Part shown: in pieces, positions 1-8,732 of the stretch
Layout: each line of letters starts with the position of its first letter
How positions within the stretch are numbered: the stretch's first letter is position 1
From: a virus
Taxonomy: Duplodnaviria; Caudoviricetes
Length of the DNA stretch: 28,448 nucleotides
Reading direction: 5' to 3' (one strand)
IMG/VR virus record: IMGVR_UViG_3300033475_000123
Coordinates: 1-28,448 of that record
The notes under the pieces: generated by a model
The model's input: only the letters and a program-made list of their open reading frames with translations
Database searches by the model: none
What the model was told of the DNA's origin: nothing
Position numbers and translations under genes: made by a program

Positions 1-216
1 GCACCAGCGACCGCGCCTGCCCCGGCAAAATACTATCTGGAGCTGGATCAGGCCGACCTTAACGCAGTGTCAGAGGCGCTGCTCGGCCTACCGAAGCGGG
101 TGGCCGATCCCTTGATCCTGAAGCTGAACGGCCAACTGCAGGCGCAGGAGCAGCTGAAGGCCGCGGCCGACAAGTCGATCGACGACGCTGTGGCAAAGGC
201 TAAAAAGCACAGGTGA
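1..216 (+). CDS. 3' end of hypothetical phage protein (partial; ...YYLELDQADLNAVSEALLGLPKRVADPLILKLNGQLQAQ...KKHR*)
   Basis: Frame 1 open from the window start to TGA at 214-216; GC3-rich codons; amphipathic helical sequence. Confidence 0.7.
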   Translation, partial: APATAPAPAKYYLELDQADLNAVSEALLGLPKRVADPLILKLNGQLQAQEQLKAAADKSIDDAVAKAKKHR

Positions 217-241
217 CCACATGATTTAACAGGAGAGGCGA

Positions 242-355
242 ATGAACGCGCTCGATTACGCTGCCACCTACGCCGTCTACGTGATCAGCACCGGCGTGAC
301 GATTTTCGTGATCCTACGCGGCTGGGCTTACGTCCTGTCCGCCGGCAACGAATGA
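242..355 (+). CDS. 37-aa single-TM small protein (MNALDYAATYAVYVISTGVTIFVILRGWAYVLSAGNE)
   Basis: AGGAGA RBS upstream; hydrophobic core; stop overlaps the next ATG (ATGA); below the ORF-track cutoff. Confidence 0.65.
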   Translation: MNALDYAATYAVYVISTGVTIFVILRGWAYVLSAGNE

Positions 356-846
356 GCGTCCCGATGCCCCAAGAAATGCCGCTCTACGTTTGCCACAAGC
401 GCGTCCGCGCGCTGGAGATACAGGTAATCGGTTCCTACAACAAAGACGAAGGAGACGACAAGCTGCGTCGGCGCATCGCTCTCAAATACCCAGATGGCGA
501 GTTCCTGACGGTGAACATCGAGGCCGAGTTGTTCACCCGTTATATGCCGATGCCGGGTGACTTCTACGTGATTTACGATGACGACTACCGCTCGTTCTCT
601 CCGCGCAAGGCGTTCCTTGAGGGCTACAGCCTAGCCAGCGAGCAAAATGTGCTGATGGAGCGTCTCAACGACGTCTCCATGGCCGGCTCTGGAGTGGCGC
701 CGACATGGCTGGCGGGGGACGATTTCGTTCAGCAACTCGCCCGCGTCGCGCGCGAGGCCTACGTCACCATCAACAGCTTGAAGCACCAACTGGAGACCAG
801 AGATCGTGAAAATACAAAAACCCGGACCGAGCCTGATCAAGCCTGA
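352..846 (+). CDS. Hypothetical phage protein with YxCHKxVxA and PGDFYVIYDDDYRSFSPxxAFxxGY motifs
   Basis: ORF coupled to the upstream gene; motif recognised as common in small phage proteins. Confidence 0.75.
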   Translation: MSVPMPQEMPLYVCHKRVRALEIQVIGSYNKDEGDDKLRRRIALKYPDGEFLTVNIEAELFTRYMPMPGDFYVIYDDDYRSFSPRKAFLEGYSLASEQNVLMERLNDVSMAGSGVAPTWLAGDDFVQQLARVAREAYVTINSLKHQLETRDRENTKTRTEPDQA

Positions 847-1093
847 CGGCTCAGTAGCCGAGACCATGTCGCCGGCGCAGCAGGAGTGCATCCAGCTGCT
901 GGAGCAGATCTTGGCGAGCGCGAGGAAGGGCGAGGTCCATGCTCTGGCGATCGTGGCGGTAGGGCCGTTTGACTTCGGTGTTGCGATTGCCGGGTCCGAT
1001 GCCCCGAAGCTGTATTTGGGCTGCGGAACGGCGATGCGTACGCTGGAGCAGCGTACCAGCGGGGGCGGTGGTCGCACCGTATTGCACCGGTGA
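806..1093 (+). CDS. Hypothetical protein (95 aa)
   Basis: Same-strand ORF with protein-like alpha/beta composition; start uncertain (GTG 806 or ATG 866). Confidence 0.6.
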   Translation: MKIQKPGPSLIKPDGSVAETMSPAQQECIQLLEQILASARKGEVHALAIVAVGPFDFGVAIAGSDAPKLYLGCGTAMRTLEQRTSGGGGRTVLHR

Positions 1094-1190
1094 GGGCTAT
1101 CTATCGCCTTCGCCATTGGCACCGGGTGTCGCGTGTCTTCGATCGGCACGCGATGCTGCGCCATCAGGGCGGCGAGGTCTGGAGTTTAGG

Positions 1191-1364
1191 ATGATCGATC
1201 CTCTGGTGGAGAAGGTCGCCCGAGCCTTGTGCGACAATCACCTGGAACATGCAGGTGGCGCCGACGGGGAGGCGCTTGTGGCCGGCACCCCAAACTGGAA
1301 GTTCTTTACCCGCGACGCCGAGACGGCGATTCGGGTAATCGAACAGCAGCACAAAGGAAGCTGA
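1191..1364 (+). CDS. Hypothetical protein, 57 aa (MIDPLVEKVARALC...)
   Basis: GGAG RBS before ATG 1191; 'EKVARAL...W..F...A..AI' pattern typical of small phage proteins; 3' part of track ORF 969..1364. Confidence 0.65.
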   Translation: MIDPLVEKVARALCDNHLEHAGGADGEALVAGTPNWKFFTRDAETAIRVIEQQHKGS

Positions 1365-1407
1365 GTTCACGGCCTAAAGCATCGATGTGACCACTGAGGA
1401 ACCCCCT

Positions 1408-1818
1408 ATGAGCGACGAAGATTTCAAGTGCGTCTGCATCGCCTGCCGCAAGCAGATGAAAAACTATATGTCGGACGGCTTACAGCCTGACGGCGGCATC
1501 GCCTTTTATTCAAAGGGCCACTACGGATCGACCATCTTCGACCCGATGGACGGCTCCTATCTCGAAATCGTGGTTTGTGACGAGTGTGTCAGCAAGGCCG
1601 CCGCGGAGGGCTTGGTCTTCCACGCCGAAATGATGCAACTCGCAAAATACAAAACCGAACGCTGGGACGGCAAGGATCACGGCTGGGAAGCGGCCGAGAC
1701 CGAGGCAGTGGCGCCCATAGCCTCTGATCGCTGGACTATCACGTCGCGCCGCAAGTTGTCCGAGCGGATCTCGTGGGCTTGGGCTCTGCTGTTCCGGTGG
1801 CCCAGGGTTCAGCGGTGA
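1408..1818 (+). CDS. Hypothetical protein with two CxxC pairs (putative Zn ribbon)
   Basis: GAGGA RBS before ATG 1408; CIAC and CDEC motifs, GHYGS-x-FDP. Confidence 0.7.
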   Translation: MSDEDFKCVCIACRKQMKNYMSDGLQPDGGIAFYSKGHYGSTIFDPMDGSYLEIVVCDECVSKAAAEGLVFHAEMMQLAKYKTERWDGKDHGWEAAETEAVAPIASDRWTITSRRKLSERISWAWALLFRWPRVQR

Positions 1819-1831
1819 GGCGGGGAAAACA

Positions 1832-1951
1832 GTGAAACGGAATTTCGGACTAAAAAGCCGAATTGAGCCCGAGGACGTTGGGGCCGGTTCGGTCGTTGTT
1901 CTTTCGGTTTTGGCAGTTGTTGTGGTATGGCTGGCCTTTCTCCACCCGTAA
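1832..1951 (+). CDS. 39-aa small membrane protein (MKRNFGLKSRIEPEDVGAGSVVVLSVLAVVVVWLAFLHP)
   Basis: GAGGCGGGG upstream of GTG; fills the gap before the portal; strongly hydrophobic C-terminal helix. Confidence 0.5.
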   Translation: MKRNFGLKSRIEPEDVGAGSVVVLSVLAVVVVWLAFLHP

Positions 1952-1963
1952 AGGGGGTCGAAG

Positions 1964-4480
1964 GTGGCCGGACCAGCACTCGCACAGGACAACATCGAGG
2001 TCGTCATCGAGGGTGATGATACCAGCGGCGTGCACACGGACGCCGACGGCAACATTTCGATCGACCAGGACGACGGCGGCGTTGTCATCCAGCTGAACCC
2101 GCAGCGCCAGGATCATGGTGCCGAGGCCGACGACCCACAGAAGTTCTATTCGAACCTCGTCGACCGCATCGGAGAGGGGCACCTAAGCACCATCGCCAAT
2201 CAACTGCACGAGGCCATCTCAGCTGACGATAATTCGCGCAGCGAATGGCTTACCAACCGGGCAGAGGCGATGGACCTGCTCGGTCTCAGGATGCAGGATC
2301 CGCGATCGGGCGACGGCGCCAGCGCCGTGGATGGGCAATCGGTCGTCACCAATCCGCTGCTTCTTGACGCGGTGATCCGCGGATGGGCGCGCGCGCAGGC
2401 CGAGCTGCTGCCGGCCGAAGGACCGTGCAAGATCGTCGACTATTCCGCGCTCCCCGAGGGGCAGAAGGATCTCCTGGGCGAGGCCTTCGAGCGCGACATG
2501 AACTACTTCCTGACGTCGACCGCCAAAGAGTTCCGGTCCGGCACGTCGCATATGCTGCTGTGGGGCTCGTTCTTCGGCGGCTCGGGCTTCAAAAAGGTCT
2601 ACACCCACCCGATCAAGAAGCGCCCGTATTCCGAGGCGATCGACCCGAAAGATCTGATCGTTTCCGACGCATCGAAAGACTTCGACGAGTGCGAGCGCAT
2701 CACGCATCAGATCAGCATGCGCCAGTCGGTGATGAAGCGCTATCAGGCGAAGAAGATCTATCGGCAGGTGGATCTGGCGCCGCCCAACCCGCAGCCCAAT
2801 CAGGTCGACGAGCAGATCGCTTCCACACAGGGGGTGGCGGCGAACCGGCAGCGTCCCGAGGACATGCCGTACACCCTCTGGGAATGCCAGTGCGAGTTGA
2901 ACCTGCCGGAGTTCCAGCCTCCCGAGTTCAAGGAGATTGAACTGCCGTACCTCGTGACGATGGACAAGGATTCGATGGTGATCCTGTCCATCCGGCGCGA
3001 CTGGAAGCCGGAGGACGAGGAGTGCACCCGCAAGAAGATGTACGTGAAATATCCGTACGTCCCCGGTCCTGGATTCTACGGCACGGGTCTCGCCAACATC
3101 ATCGGCAACTCGTCGGCGGCGATGACCGCGGCGTGGCGGCTGGCGCTGGACAACGGGATGTTTGCGAACTTCCCGGCTGGCCTCGTCGACAAGCTGGCCG
3201 GGCGCCAGAACACCGTCAACTTGCGAGCGGCCCCTGGTGAGTTGATCGGCATCGAAACCGGCGGCCGCGCCATCAAGGATGTGGTGGCTGACTTGCCGTT
3301 CAACGATGTCACGCCGGGCCTCATGTCGATGATCGACAAGATCACGGAGCAGGCCAAGAACGTCGGCGGCGCGCCGGAAATCCCGGTCGGCGAGGGCACG
3401 GCCAACATCCCGGTCGGCACCATGCTCGCGCACATCGAGCAGGCCACGCAGACGATCGCCGCGGTCCACAAGGACCAGCATGCGGCAATGGACGAGGAAT
3501 TGGAGTTGATCGCGGATCTATTCCGCGAGAACCCGGAATCGTTCTGGAAGGGCAACAAGAACGCCAAGGGCTACTGGACGGTCGAGCTGCTGATGCAGGC
3601 GCTGAGCGAGCGCACCTTGCAGCCGCGGTCGGACCCCAACGTCCCGAGCCACATCCATCGGGTGATGAAGGCGGTTGCGTTGGTTGAGCTGAAGAACGGT
3701 CCGCTGGGCGCCCGTCTCGACGCGGACGAGGTGCTGCGCCGCGTCCTGTCCGCGATGCGCGAGGATCCGAAGGGCCTCATTCTGCCGCCCGCGCCGCAGG
3801 GCCCGAGCGCCGAAGACAAGATGGCTGAAGCCAAGGGCAAGGAGGCTGACGCCAAGATCCTGTCGGCGAAGGTCAAGCAGCAGGAGATCGAGCAAAAGCC
3901 CCAGATCACGCAGATGGAGACCGCCGGGTCGATCAAGGAGAAGACGATCGATCTTGCCAAGACGCTCATTACCCACCAGGGCGACCGCGAGGACGCCCAC
4001 AACAAGCATCAGGTCGAGGTGGCGAAGCTGGCGCAGGGGGCGAACCAGGATGCCTTGCAGGCGACCAAGAACACCACCGATGCCCTGCAGGCCCACCAGG
4101 AGAACCAGCGGGCCGATCGCGAGCACGGGCTGGCCGCGGCGCAGGCAATCCACGCCATGTCGCTGGCAGATCGCCAGCACGCCCTCGCCAGCCAGCAGGC
4201 CGGTCATCAGATGCGCCAAGAGCGCGCGGAAGGTGGCCTTGCTCAGGCCGAGTTCGGTCTCAAGACCGTTGAGACTGGCCACAAGATCGAGGGTGAGAGC
4301 CGAGATCGCGATCTGGCCGAGCGCGAGTTGACAGCGAAGGTTGCGGGCGACAACGACAAGATGGGGGTGGAGCGCGTCAAGGCCGGCGTAGCGCAGCAGG
4401 ACGCTGACACGCGACGCCATAGCACGCTGCATCCGCCGAAGCCGGCCGGCGGGCCGAAAAGGCCGAAGGAGAGGAAGTGA
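1964..4480 (+). CDS. Portal protein (P22-like) with long C-terminal helical extension
   Basis: 838 aa; motifs 'SRSEW', 'NPLLLDA..R..A.A.AELLPAEGP', 'GSGFKKVY', 'YVPGPGFYGTGL', 'N.PVGT.LA..EQ' recognised from podovirus-type portals; position at the start of the head module. Confidence 0.85.
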   Translation: MAGPALAQDNIEVVIEGDDTSGVHTDADGNISIDQDDGGVVIQLNPQRQDHGAEADDPQKFYSNLVDRIGEGHLSTIANQLHEAISADDNSRSEWLTNRAEAMDLLGLRMQDPRSGDGASAVDGQSVVTNPLLLDAVIRGWARAQAELLPAEGPCKIVDYSALPEGQKDLLGEAFERDMNYFLTSTAKEFRSGTSHMLLWGSFFGGSGFKKVYTHPIKKRPYSEAIDPKDLIVSDASKDFDECERITHQISMRQSVMKRYQAKKIYRQVDLAPPNPQPNQVDEQIASTQGVAANRQRPEDMPYTLWECQCELNLPEFQPPEFKEIELPYLVTMDKDSMVILSIRRDWKPEDEECTRKKMYVKYPYVPGPGFYGTGLANIIGNSSAAMTAAWRLALDNGMFANFPAGLVDKLAGRQNTVNLRAAPGELIGIETGGRAIKDVVADLPFNDVTPGLMSMIDKITEQAKNVGGAPEIPVGEGTANIPVGTMLAHIEQATQTIAAVHKDQHAAMDEELELIADLFRENPESFWKGNKNAKGYWTVELLMQALSERTLQPRSDPNVPSHIHRVMKAVALVELKNGPLGARLDADEVLRRVLSAMREDPKGLILPPAPQGPSAEDKMAEAKGKEADAKILSAKVKQQEIEQKPQITQMETAGSIKEKTIDLAKTLITHQGDREDAHNKHQVEVAKLAQGANQDALQATKNTTDALQAHQENQRADREHGLAAAQAIHAMSLADRQHALASQQAGHQMRQERAEGGLAQAEFGLKTVETGHKIEGESRDRDLAERELTAKVAGDNDKMGVERVKAGVAQQDADTRRHSTLHPPKPAGGPKRPKERK

Positions 4481-4662
4481 TGGCGATGTCCGGAAAGGTC
4501 TTGGGCGAGCAGATGGCGGAACTCGCGCGCCTTGCTGCGCGTGAAAAGTTTCCGCCCATCTCTGAATCGCTACAGCGTCGCATCGATGTAGAATGGGACG
4601 AAGCTTTCCGGCGTGACGTCGTAGCGTTTCCATGCAATAAGGTGGGACCGCACGACACATAG
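4477..4662 (+). CDS. Hypothetical protein (61 aa)
   Basis: GGAGAGG RBS; GTGA overlap with the portal stop. Confidence 0.55.
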   Translation: MMAMSGKVLGEQMAELARLAAREKFPPISESLQRRIDVEWDEAFRRDVVAFPCNKVGPHDT

Positions 4663-4693
4663 CCCGCGCCGGGCGCATCAGTAGGAGCCGATA

Positions 4694-5365
4694 GTGGCCC
4701 ATCCGTATGCCAAGTTCCGGCAGAGTAGCGTAGAGCGCTCGCGCGTCGCAGACCTCGTTCCGCAGCGCAAGAGTGGCGGCAAGGTTCACAGCGACGAGGC
4801 CGCCGACCGCAAGCTGTTCAACAAGATGTTTCGCGAGCGCGAGGAAGCGGAGGGCGAGCACGCCAAGCCCCGCGCCGACCGGCCGCGCCGCGCCGCCGGC
4901 GGCAAGGTCGGGAAAAAGGCCACGACCGTCGTCAACGTCATCACCGGCGGGCAGCAGCAGCCGCCGGCACCACCTCCGATGCCGCCTGCACCGCCCCCGC
5001 CGCCTCCAGGGCCGCCTCCTGGTGCGATGGCGCCACCTCCTGGTGCAATGCCCGGGCCTGGACCGGGCATGCCTCCTGGACCTCCTATGCGGGCGCGCGG
5101 CGGCGGCGTGAAGTCGATCGGCATGGACGTCGGCACCAAAGTCCAGCACGACAAGGCCAAGGCCGTCGACATCAAGAACATGAACCGCGGCCGGGTCGTC
5201 ACCTTCAACACGGGCGGCGGCGTGGTTTCGTTCAAGGCCCGAGGTGGCCCGGTGAAGGGCGTGGTCATGAAGGGCGGAACGCCGAAAACCGCGGACCAAG
5301 ATAGCAAGCTGCCGGGCGGCGCCGGCGGCGGTCTCGGCCGGTTGGCCAAGAAGAAGCTGTACTGA
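4694..5365 (+). CDS. Basic, Pro/Gly-rich disordered protein with repeated R/K-x-GG-x-V motifs (putative internal virion protein)
   Basis: AGGAG RBS; poly-Pro tract; motifs RKSGGKV, RAAGGKV, RARGGGV, FNTGGGV, KARGGPV. Confidence 0.75.
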   Translation: MAHPYAKFRQSSVERSRVADLVPQRKSGGKVHSDEAADRKLFNKMFREREEAEGEHAKPRADRPRRAAGGKVGKKATTVVNVITGGQQQPPAPPPMPPAPPPPPPGPPPGAMAPPPGAMPGPGPGMPPGPPMRARGGGVKSIGMDVGTKVQHDKAKAVDIKNMNRGRVVTFNTGGGVVSFKARGGPVKGVVMKGGTPKTADQDSKLPGGAGGGLGRLAKKKLY

Positions 5366-5592
5366 TGGCGATTGCTGAAAGAGATCCTGTGCGCGAGTTC
5401 CGCGGCGATCCCCGTCGCCTCGCGCACAGCGTGCTTCAGCAACTCGAAGATATGCGGCGGTTCGCCGTCGAGGAGTTGGGTACGATCGAATGCAAGACCT
5501 TTGATGAGTACCGGGCGCGCCGCGGAAAGATCGAAGGTCTCGACATCGCCATCGCCGTATGCAAGGAAGTACAGCGTAAACTTGAGGCTTAG
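5365..5592 (+). CDS. Conserved-looking small head-module protein (75 aa)
   Basis: TGATG overlap; 'FDEYR..RG.IEGL..A' pattern of genes found between portal and GroES in similar phages. Confidence 0.7.
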   Translation: MAIAERDPVREFRGDPRRLAHSVLQQLEDMRRFAVEELGTIECKTFDEYRARRGKIEGLDIAIAVCKEVQRKLEA

Positions 5593-5630
5593 ACCTCACA
5601 GCCAGCCCATGCCGGGCTCGGCGCGACCGC

Positions 5631-5999
5631 GTGGAAGCACCACACCAGATGACGACGACCGTCGCCCTGTTGACCGAATGGATCGAGCGCCAGTTCCCGA
5701 TTGGCGAATCGACCTCTGGACCGCTCGCCGTCACGGGTGAGCGCTATGTGGTAGTCGGCCACATGATCGAGTCTCCCAAGTACCCCGGCGTTATCGAAGA
5801 AGGAGCAGCCCCCGAGGCCGGTTTCGATGAAGAGACCGCCTGCATGTCGGCGGCGAGCGCTTTTCGTGATTATGCCGAAGGCCGCACCGGGACGTTGTAT
5901 TGGCGTGTGAAGCCGGAGTTGAGTTGGTCGTCCGACCATCGCCGCTGTATGGTTTACATGCGCCTCCTGATCTCCGACAAGCCTCAGGGAGGATTGTGA
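5631..5999 (+). CDS. Hypothetical protein (122 aa)
   Basis: Globular-looking ORF ('LYWRVKPE', 'YMRLLIS'); start uncertain. Confidence 0.6.
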   Translation: MEAPHQMTTTVALLTEWIERQFPIGESTSGPLAVTGERYVVVGHMIESPKYPGVIEEGAAPEAGFDEETACMSAASAFRDYAEGRTGTLYWRVKPELSWSSDHRRCMVYMRLLISDKPQGGL

Positions 6000-6244
6000 T
6001 GCTCAAGGCAAGGCGCGCCGACATCAAGCACATTGAGGACGCGATTGCGGGCGCCGTCCTATCGTCCACCACGATGGGCGATATGAAAATCAAACATCCT
6101 GAGATCCCACCCGAGGTTTTGACGGCTGCAGCAATGCTGGCGATCCAATCCGTGACGATGGCGCTATACGGCGTCAATGACGTCGCGATCCCTGACGACA
6201 TCACCCACTTCATCAACTTCGCAGAAAACGAGAAAGTCCCGTAG
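5999..6244 (+). CDS. Hypothetical protein (81 aa, MLKARRADIKH...)
   Basis: GGAGGA RBS; TGATG overlap; stop abuts the next ATG. Confidence 0.65.
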   Translation: MLKARRADIKHIEDAIAGAVLSSTTMGDMKIKHPEIPPEVLTAAAMLAIQSVTMALYGVNDVAIPDDITHFINFAENEKVP

Positions 6245-6658
6245 ATGGCCCGCACCAATGCTATCGTGAAGATGCGCGAGATCGCCGAGTCCTCGACTAA
6301 CCCGAAGGAGGCAATCCTCAAGGCCCTCGGAAAGCACGACACCCAGGTGTTGCATTCCAAGGTGCTGGTGGCGACCTACGTCCGCCCGGCGAAGACGGCC
6401 AGCGGCATCTACATGCCGGACAAGACGGTCGAAGAGGACCGCTACCAGGGCACGATCTTCCTGGTGATCGCACTCGGCAAGGGCGCCTTCAAGGACGACA
6501 ACATCGCGCAGTTCAACGGCGACACGCTGAAGGTCGGCGACTGGGTGATGGGCGTCGCCGGTGACGGCATCTCGATGTTCATCAACGGCGTGCCGTGCCG
6601 GCTGTTCGACGACACGCGCATCCTGATGAAGGTCAAAGATCCGGAGCTATATTTCTGA
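6245..6658 (+). CDS. groES: Phage-encoded GroES/Cpn10-like co-chaperonin
   Basis: 'KVLV....PAKTASGIYMPD' mobile-loop motif; 'VIALGKGA' and 'LKVGDWV' motifs. Confidence 0.85.
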   Translation: MARTNAIVKMREIAESSTNPKEAILKALGKHDTQVLHSKVLVATYVRPAKTASGIYMPDKTVEEDRYQGTIFLVIALGKGAFKDDNIAQFNGDTLKVGDWVMGVAGDGISMFINGVPCRLFDDTRILMKVKDPELYF

Positions 6659-6954
6659 TGCCACGGGAGATGCGCAGCACCGCTCAAGTCATTCTCGACA
6701 CCCTCTTCCCAGTCCTATCGATCGTGCATCTCGGGGAAGGCCCGAAGGATCGTGAGGACTGTATGGAGTGGGCTCGCAACTCCCTGCGTGAGCGCGGCTT
6801 AGACGTTGTCCCGATGGGGATGTGCCACGCCGTTCTGCGTGAGCCTGTCCTATGCAAAGAAGACCCAGATTGGGATTGGTGGTTGAAGTTGCCGCAGGAG
6901 CATCGCGGCGCGATCGTCCAGCACTATCGAGCCCTCATCAAGGAGATCAAGTAA
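6658..6954 (+). CDS. Hypothetical protein (98 aa)
   Basis: TGATG overlap with groES; stop abuts the scaffold ATG; its 3' end carries the AAGGAG RBS of the next gene. Confidence 0.6.
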   Translation: MPREMRSTAQVILDTLFPVLSIVHLGEGPKDREDCMEWARNSLRERGLDVVPMGMCHAVLREPVLCKEDPDWDWWLKLPQEHRGAIVQHYRALIKEIK

Positions 6955-7944
6955 ATGGCCGGCGAAGACGACGAAGTGATCATCAACTTGCAGGGCGACA
7001 CCACCAATGGTGAAGTGGTCGTAGTTGAAGACGCCGGCAAGAAGGCCGGTGGCACCGCAGTTTCATTCAACGATGACGACGGCGATCCGCTTGCGGATCT
7101 CAAGACTCAGTTCACGCAGATGACCGGGCGCCTGCAGAACGTGGTCGCCGACACCCAGCAGCAGTTGGCTGAGACCCAGCAGCGCCTGCAGCGCACCGAG
7201 GCGAAGGTCGTCACCAACGAGATCGATACTATCGAGGGTGGGATCCAGCAGCTGGACGCCGATGCCGACGCGGCGCAGGCTGCCTACCAGCAGGCCTTCG
7301 AGGCAGGCGATGGTGCGGCGATGGCGAGAGCCCAGCGCGCGATGTCTCGTGCGGAGGTCCAGCGCAACGAGCTTGTGCAGGCCCGGGATGCTATGAAGCG
7401 CGACTCCCAGCGAAAGCCTGCCGGAGATCAGCAACAGCGCCAGCAGCCTCGGCAGACCCAGCAAGACCCCGTTGAAGCTGTGGCATCAACACTCTCGCCG
7501 AAGTCGGCGGCCTGGATCCGCTCCCACCCGCAGTGCATCACCGACCCCAAGATGAACGCGCGCATGATGGCGGCGCACAATCTTGCGCTGGCCGACGACA
7601 TTGCCGTGGACAGCGACGAGTATTTCCAGCGCATCGAGCAGGGAATCAAGCAGAGCGTGACCAAGAGCGATCAGAAGCAGGCTGGAGATGGTCGTCGCCC
7701 CAGCTCGGCCGCAACATCCGGTACCGGCGCCGGCGGCGGCATGAATGGCGGAACGGTGCAGGTCAAGTTGACCGCCGGCGAAGCGCGCTCGGCAACCGAC
7801 GGCACGCTGATCTGGAACTACGACGATCCGAGCCCGCAAAAGCGGTTCAAGAAGGGCGACCCGATCGGCCTCGCCGAGATGGCGCGCCGCAAGCACGAAG
7901 GCATAAAGTTGGGCCTCTACGATCGCAACAACATCGAGGCCTGA
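6955..7944 (+). CDS. Putative capsid scaffolding protein
   Basis: Acidic N-terminus; long Gln/Ala coiled coil; 'A..AGD', 'AWI..HP', 'SDEYF.RI', 'V.LT..E' pattern; position between GroES and capsid. Confidence 0.7.
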   Translation: MAGEDDEVIINLQGDTTNGEVVVVEDAGKKAGGTAVSFNDDDGDPLADLKTQFTQMTGRLQNVVADTQQQLAETQQRLQRTEAKVVTNEIDTIEGGIQQLDADADAAQAAYQQAFEAGDGAAMARAQRAMSRAEVQRNELVQARDAMKRDSQRKPAGDQQQRQQPRQTQQDPVEAVASTLSPKSAAWIRSHPQCITDPKMNARMMAAHNLALADDIAVDSDEYFQRIEQGIKQSVTKSDQKQAGDGRRPSSAATSGTGAGGGMNGGTVQVKLTAGEARSATDGTLIWNYDDPSPQKRFKKGDPIGLAEMARRKHEGIKLGLYDRNNIEA

Positions 7945-7946
7945 TC

Positions 7947-8732
7947 GTGGACAAGGCCAGTCATGTCTTCAAGGACCAGCGGCAGTTCATCCAGGATCTC
8001 TGGGGTGCTGGGTTTACGATTGTCCGGCGCGGGTCAGACCCCTTCGAGATCGACCAGCGGCTTATCCCGCGAGGGATGTCCTACCAGTGGAATCCGATCA
8101 ATCCTGACGGTGGTGTGAAGGTCGCGGCTGATCCTGGATGGCGCCCTGTCCCCTATTCGCGCCACGAGGGCGTCTTCGCCCCTTGGGGCACTCCAGGGGA
8201 CATCGAGATCGGCGGCCTGAAGCTATGCGAGCGCGCTCTGGCTGAAGTCGAGATCGCGCGCAAGGCGCCGCGCGAGGCGGCGGCGCGGATGGTGGATGAT
8301 TGGGCGGCCAAGGCTGCTGCCGACGGCATCACCGGCTCTGTCCGTGTCGCGACGCAGCTGCAGCCCGGCAAACTGGATGCCGTTGAGCAGTTGAACTTCG
8401 GGGGCGATGGAGAAGATCTTGTCCCGCTAGCCGACGTCGTCGAGGTGTCGAAGACGCGCACGATCGAGACCACCGTGGGCATTCCCCCGGACATGGGGCC
8501 GCATGTGCTGGCCATCTTCCAGGAACGTGATCGGCTTGAGACCGAGGTGGTGCGCAAGGATCGCACCCTTGCGCCGGGCCCGATCGCGGACAAATTCTAT
8601 GCGGCTGTCGAGGCCGATCCGGGCGCGCCATGGTGGCCCACCCTCCGCGCCATCCTCTTGCCGATCGCTGCCGACAATGTGCGCGCTAACCTGAAGAAGG
8701 GAACGAACGATGACCGAACCGATGGAAATTGA
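7947..8732 (+). CDS. Head-module protein, paralog 1 (YQWNP...GWRPVP..RH...GGLKLCER)
   Basis: GTG 7947 after GAGG; the upstream part of track ORF 7533 is a shadow of the scaffold gene. Confidence 0.7.
   Translation: MDKASHVFKDQRQFIQDLWGAGFTIVRRGSDPFEIDQRLIPRGMSYQWNPINPDGGVKVAADPGWRPVPYSRHEGVFAPWGTPGDIEIGGLKLCERALAEVEIARKAPREAAARMVDDWAAKAAADGITGSVRVATQLQPGKLDAVEQLNFGGDGEDLVPLADVVEVSKTRTIETTVGIPPDMGPHVLAIFQERDRLETEVVRKDRTLAPGPIADKFYAAVEADPGAPWWPTLRAILLPIAADNVRANLKKGTNDDRTDGN

Noticed and set aside
4960-5090. CCTCCTGG-type repeats
   Set aside because: Explained by the Pro-Pro-Gly-Ala-Met coding tract
2219-5734. Long minus-strand ORFs (420 aa, 738 aa) and similar ones at 11033-11974, 22777-23616, 24610-25659 and 26167-27366
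   Set aside because: Antisense shadows of GC3-biased + strand genes; no motifs, no RBS, unnatural composition
7533-7946. N-terminal 138 aa of track ORF 7533..8732
   Set aside because: Arg-rich off-frame overlap with the scaffold gene; a better start is GTG 7947 after GAGG
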